Positions 60,101 to 64,000 of a stretch of 64,000 nucleotides of DNA are shown here, in pieces. Source of the stretch: Takakia lepidozioides (taxonomy: Eukaryota > Plantae > Bryophyta). The notes under the pieces are model-generated. The model ran no database searches. It was not told the DNA's origin and saw only the letters and a program-made list of their open reading frames with translations. The translations under genes and the position numbers were made by a program. Each line of letters begins with the position of its first letter. The stretch's first letter is position 1. Location: assembly GCA_030704615.1 (NCBI GenBank), contig CM060733.1, positions 7,626,001-7,690,000 on the forward strand, in the 5' to 3' direction.

Positions 60101-60682
60101 CTTCCGTAGTGATGAAGCCATCTCCTCCAACCGTTTGGCCCGTGAAGGTGGGAACACATCTCAGCTTTCAGGAGATTGAAATGCTGGAGGAGGCAGGTTT
60201 TCCCTTGCGAGACAACCCCAACTCATGCATGTGCTACTACTTCTGCGTCCTCCCGGGTCCCCCCGGCAAATCCTGACTTGTGGCCAACCAAACGAGATGG
60301 AAAGCTCGTTCGGCGTTTCCCTCCAACCGCTGAACACTTTGGCAAAGTGGAGTCCGCAAGAATGCTCCAAGCTCGTGTTGGAAGCACCACGGAAGTACCC
60401 GATCCAGGATATGGTCGGGTATTCACAATCATCACTTCCACATCTGCTGTTCATGACAGGACCTACGACATCACGGTTTCCAATTTCCCCAATTGCACAT
60501 GTCCTGATTTTGTGAATATGCTATCAACCAGCAGAGGTAAATTCATACCCTGCAAACATTTGTATTCATATTTTTGAAGAGGATGTTGTGCGATTCCCCA
60601 ACGTGTCAAACTTCATTCACCATGCCACTATAGTTTCAACGACTCGATACTTCTATTGCAAGCGGGAAACAACCATGGGTAG
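57147..60682 (+). pseudogene. MULE-type DDE transposase with N-terminal Cys/His zinc finger and C-terminal SWIM finger (disrupted)
   Basis: DGHPW..CNGHLRC..C..CKFC..C..HFGFHSH (WRKY/GCM1-like). Catalytic candidates LMFDHVKR, GFMADSAQAN, CLFHW (CxxH), SCNLAETVH. SWIM PNCTCPDF...PCKHLY. Intron ~59156-59273. Stops at 57939, 58449 and 59361, several frameshifts, and a 37-bp duplication at ~59433-59506. Confidence 0.88.
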
Positions 60683-62672
60683 CATCAACTATGCATGTGG
60701 TATGTGGACGACCATCGATTTCAACTGTGTAATTCACATCAATTCGTCGGCGGTGCAATGATATGGCCTCCAACTAAACGGAGTGAGCTCTGAGTGGCAC
60801 TTTTAAAGCACATTTGTCCTTGCACCGTTCGAAGTCTACATGTCTTGCTGTCGCTATAACACTACAATCATCTTTTGAAGATGATCCTAACTCTCATTGT
60901 TATTTGAGGAGAGGAAGGTCTCCCGTGGCAATCCTTTATGGCGCACACTTTTGTGAGGATATTTTCTCGTCCTCGTATTGTAAAAGTGAAATCAATCATT
61001 TGTAATTGCACAATGTTGGATGCTACATTGTAGGCCTCATGGTAGTCTTGATTCTATTAGGCAAATTCCCTGCATTAATCCACGGTCATAATGACCATCC
61101 TCGGTTATAGGCGGCGCATGTTAATGCTGACGTGGCAAATGACGGACCGTGCCACGTCATCAGTTACCTCCCAGCGTCAGCCGTGGGCATCACGCCACGT
61201 CCACTCTTCTTGAGCGTACGCTCGCGCGCTCACGCCTCTGCGTCTTTGCAAGCATACCTTACGGTTCAACGGACTACCTGACAAAATGGTGTTGATCTCC
61301 GCCCTGGTGCCTAGGATGGATGAGGTGGTCAATTCTTCTTTGATAAGGTATTCTTTTTCATGGTTGCCTCTCTGGAAATCCTCACGATCAAGGTACAGAG
61401 TTCTGCAACAACTTAATGGATATTGTCTTGTTTAAACTCAAGACGAAGCATCCCGTTACTGCTCCCTACAATCCCCAATGCAATGGTTTGACAGAACGTT
61501 TAACAAAACTATATGTCAGATTCTCGAGAAGAATGAGACACTCATTGTGAATGGATATTGTTTGTTTCATTCTGCTCTTTGCCTACATGCCTTTTATCTA
61601 TGCTAGTACAAATCTCACCTTTTGAACTTTTGTATGGTAATGAATGTAGAACCCTTTTGCATATCTCCTGGCTGCATGTCTCTGCTACGGGAGCCTGAGA
61701 ATTGGAAGCCTTCTTGCTTTCCATGGATGCTAAACGGCGTAGTTTGAGGAAACTGCCAAATCTAATAGTGTGTGTCGCTCAAGCTGCTCAGGCAAGAAGT
61801 ACACCGTCGTGTGGTGTATTCTGAATCATTCAAGGTAACACGGCGAGTCCTGTTTGTGTGAGACTCCAGCCTGGTAAGCAGATTTCCAAGGCCAAACGAA
61901 GAATTGATGTCCCTCTACCGTATCTCTGATATTCTTCCTTCCTGGCAGGCGGTATGTCTTCCTCCCACAACACCTCTAACTCCTCACTTAGCTAGCTCCA
62001 TCATGTTTTCACTAACGTGTTCCATGCACTATTACTTTTTATCTAACCTGTTTGAATGTTGAGAACCGTCAGGTGACTTCACCCCACCTCGGATAGCTCG
62101 CACTATGGCAGCCTCTTCTTTGGAGTCTTGTTTTTTGAATTTTCGTGCTAGTTTTCTGCACCAATTGTAGCACTCGGGTTTTTCCTCTGGGATGTTTTGT
62201 CTCCACCCAGCTTGCAGGGTGAGTTTTTCTTCCAGGGTTTTTTCATCCCTTGTGTGCCGGGTAGGTAGCTTGTTTTGACTAGGCTTCAGTTTGTTCTCCC
62301 TGAGCTCATCACTCGCAGGAGCTCGCAGTTTCTTGTGGCCCTAGCAGGCTTCACATATGTAGAGTTGGGATTCCTTCTCACCTTATTTTTCGACATGGAT
62401 GAATGGAAGGAGGGATGTGCTCCGGATGATTTAAGGGATGGACGAAGCCAGGATGAAAGCTGGATGGACTTACACCTTGCGCATAAGGATGAGCTGGCAA
62501 CAACTGATGGCTTTATTAGGGGCTGTCTTATTCTAACAGTTAGTTTAGGATGGGACTGGGTGATCTGGCTTCTTTCTATGGCTGTGCTGGAAGGGCATCT
62601 GGTGGACCTATGTGTAAGTGCCACACGACACTAGGATTAGATTATGACCTAATACTATTTAAACCTCACTGC

Positions 62673-63010
62673 CACTACAACAGATGAGCGTTTTTATGAC
62701 TGCAAATATGACTATTTTTTCAGTCATATATGCGTTCATGACTACATGACTCTGAAGTGAAAAAACGGCGTGATAGCGACTAGTCTTTACGACTGCGTTT
62801 TGCAAGTCATAGCCGTGACTGCGTGCGTGACACCTGGAGTCATGCAAAAGAGAGTGATGTAGTCACAACTCTATAACTTACATATGATTAACTATATGAC
62901 TACATTGTCTACTAAGCGTTGCCTACATTGAGAGGCTTCAGTGGAACATGTGCACCACTGCGCAAGCGACACGTCACGCATTCGTGAAGGGATCATATGA
63001 CTATATATCT
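62673..63010. mobile_element. CACTA (En/Spm) element terminus inserted into the 3' LTR
   Basis: LTR similarity ends exactly at CACTACAACAG. It is followed by dense direct and inverted subterminal ATGACT/AGTCAT repeats. The other end is not in the window. Confidence 0.75.
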
Positions 63011-63684
63011 GCAGAGCGATGTCTACATGGAGATGCGCCGGATGAACACGTGCGCCACTGCGAATTTGACACATCATTTTTAAAATATTTTAATATTTTT
63101 AATTTTAATAAAAACAAATTACAAAATTACAAAATTTAGATTATTAATTGATTTAAATTCTTCATTATATTTTTGGGAAAGAGAATGGAAGGCCAACGGG
63201 GCTTGTACAAGTCCTGCAAATCATATTACAAAATTCCAAATTGGACAAGCATCCCCGCGGATGCCTCAAAGACTAATGCGGAGCAAAAATTAAGCAAACC
63301 GACACAAGGGCAGAAGTTTTTTAGTACTACTACAGTTCTGGTACTACTAGATTGAAGGACTCTATTTACAACTATCGAGTGCAATACTCCTTACAACTGC
63401 ATTTGGCCAACAACTCCGAAACGAACTTGGTGGCAGTGTGGCAGTCACCATACACCCAAAGATTCTTCACGAGATGGAGAGACATCCCGGCAGCTCATCA
63501 GCCCAAAACCTCGATTGTCCCACTATTGACTGGGGTCAAAAAAATTCCACATCTTCTCTTCGTCTCTGTTACCTGTTTTTGGATACTTTTCTGTTGTCAC
63601 GTTGGCAATTTCATGTCAAAGTCACTCCAAACTATTAAAGGTTCACTCAACCAGCTAACTTGCAGAATTCATAATGAAAATCGA

Positions 63685-64000
63685 CAATGACGCAATGGCG
63701 TGAGCCTTGCGCGTGAGCGCGCGAGTGTGCGCTCACGCAAGAGTGATGTGGCATGAGCGTACGCTCACGCTGACGTGGCGTGAGCGTCATGTCAGCAGGC
63801 TGATGTGGCGGCAAATGATGACGTGGCACTGCGCCGTCATCAGCCACGTCAGCAATAACATGCGTCGCCTATAACCGAGGATGGTCCTATGACCGTGGGA
63901 TTAATGCAGGGAATCCTTGGCTGAATACAATCAAGACTACCATGAAGCCTACAATTGTAGCATCACTTTTACAATTACGAGGACGAGAAAATATCCTCAC
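63685..64000 (-). mobile_element. Terminus of a second, inverted copy of the same MULE family (runs off the window)
   Basis: Starts CAATGACGCAATGGCGTGAGC, matching the TIR consensus. 63810-64000 is the reverse complement of ~60953-61160 (e.g. GCCTATAACCGAGGATGGTC, GAGGACGAGAAAATATCCTCAC). Confidence 0.88.

Larger units (their letters stand above)
49365..61248. mobile_element. 11.9-kb Mutator-like (MULE) DNA transposon with two divergent genes and short degenerate TIRs
   Basis: 9-bp TSD CATGCATAC (49356-49364) / CAAGCATAC (61249-61257). Removing the element restores integrase GHAY-LTV. Termini CAGGGATGCCTCAGCGTGAGC and (rc) CAAAGACGCAGAGGCGTGAGC; subterminal GCGTGAGC and CCACGTCA repeats. Confidence 0.88.
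48308..62672 (+). mobile_element. Internally deleted Ty3/Gypsy-type LTR retrotransposon (host of nested insertions)
   Basis: Direct repeats starting TGTAGAG at 48308-~48625 and 62358-~62672. Gag-position ORF remnant at 48972. Integrase pieces PFARVGLDLVGPLKSTSKGHAY (49300-49364) and LTV.TDYLTKW...DQGTEFCN...PYNPQCNGLTER...SPFELLYG (61258-61640). No RT/RNase H and no clear PBS/PPT seen. Confidence 0.8.

Noticed and set aside
57147-60682. Frameshifts as sequencing errors hiding an active element
   Set aside because: Adjacent host genes are frame-perfect and the element also has in-frame stops and an internal duplication, so real decay is more likely.

Overview
Eukaryotic, intron-rich land-plant nuclear DNA, probably non-angiosperm (bryophyte-like; inferred from the DNA-PKcs C-terminus). 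Left 47 kb, host genes: last exon of DNA-PKcs, GT61 and intronless GDSL pseudogenes, plastid SCY2 (12 exons, -), tRNA-Gly(CCC), a UBA2-type RRM gene, Tudor-SN (16 exons, one GC-AG intron) and PSTAIRE CDKA (8 exons). Right 16 kb, nested transposons: a deleted Ty3/Gypsy element whose integrase is split by an 11.9-kb Mutator-like element (49365-61248, 9-bp TSD, very short degenerate TIRs), a CACTA end inserted in the 3' LTR, and the end of a second copy of the Mutator-like element at the window edge. The main discovery is the cargo of that element. Divergent from its SWIM-containing transposase lies a spliced, now frameshifted gene that fuses a ParB/Srx-like domain to a prokaryote-type beta-class N6A/N4C DNA methyltransferase-like domain. 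Two of its introns carry about 16 copies of a 22-bp palindrome (TGAATGTCGT-CA-ACGACATTCA) reminiscent of parS sites. This suggests a transposon-encoded, sequence-targeted self-marking or anti-silencing system. All calls come from reading the sequence by eye; no database searches were run.
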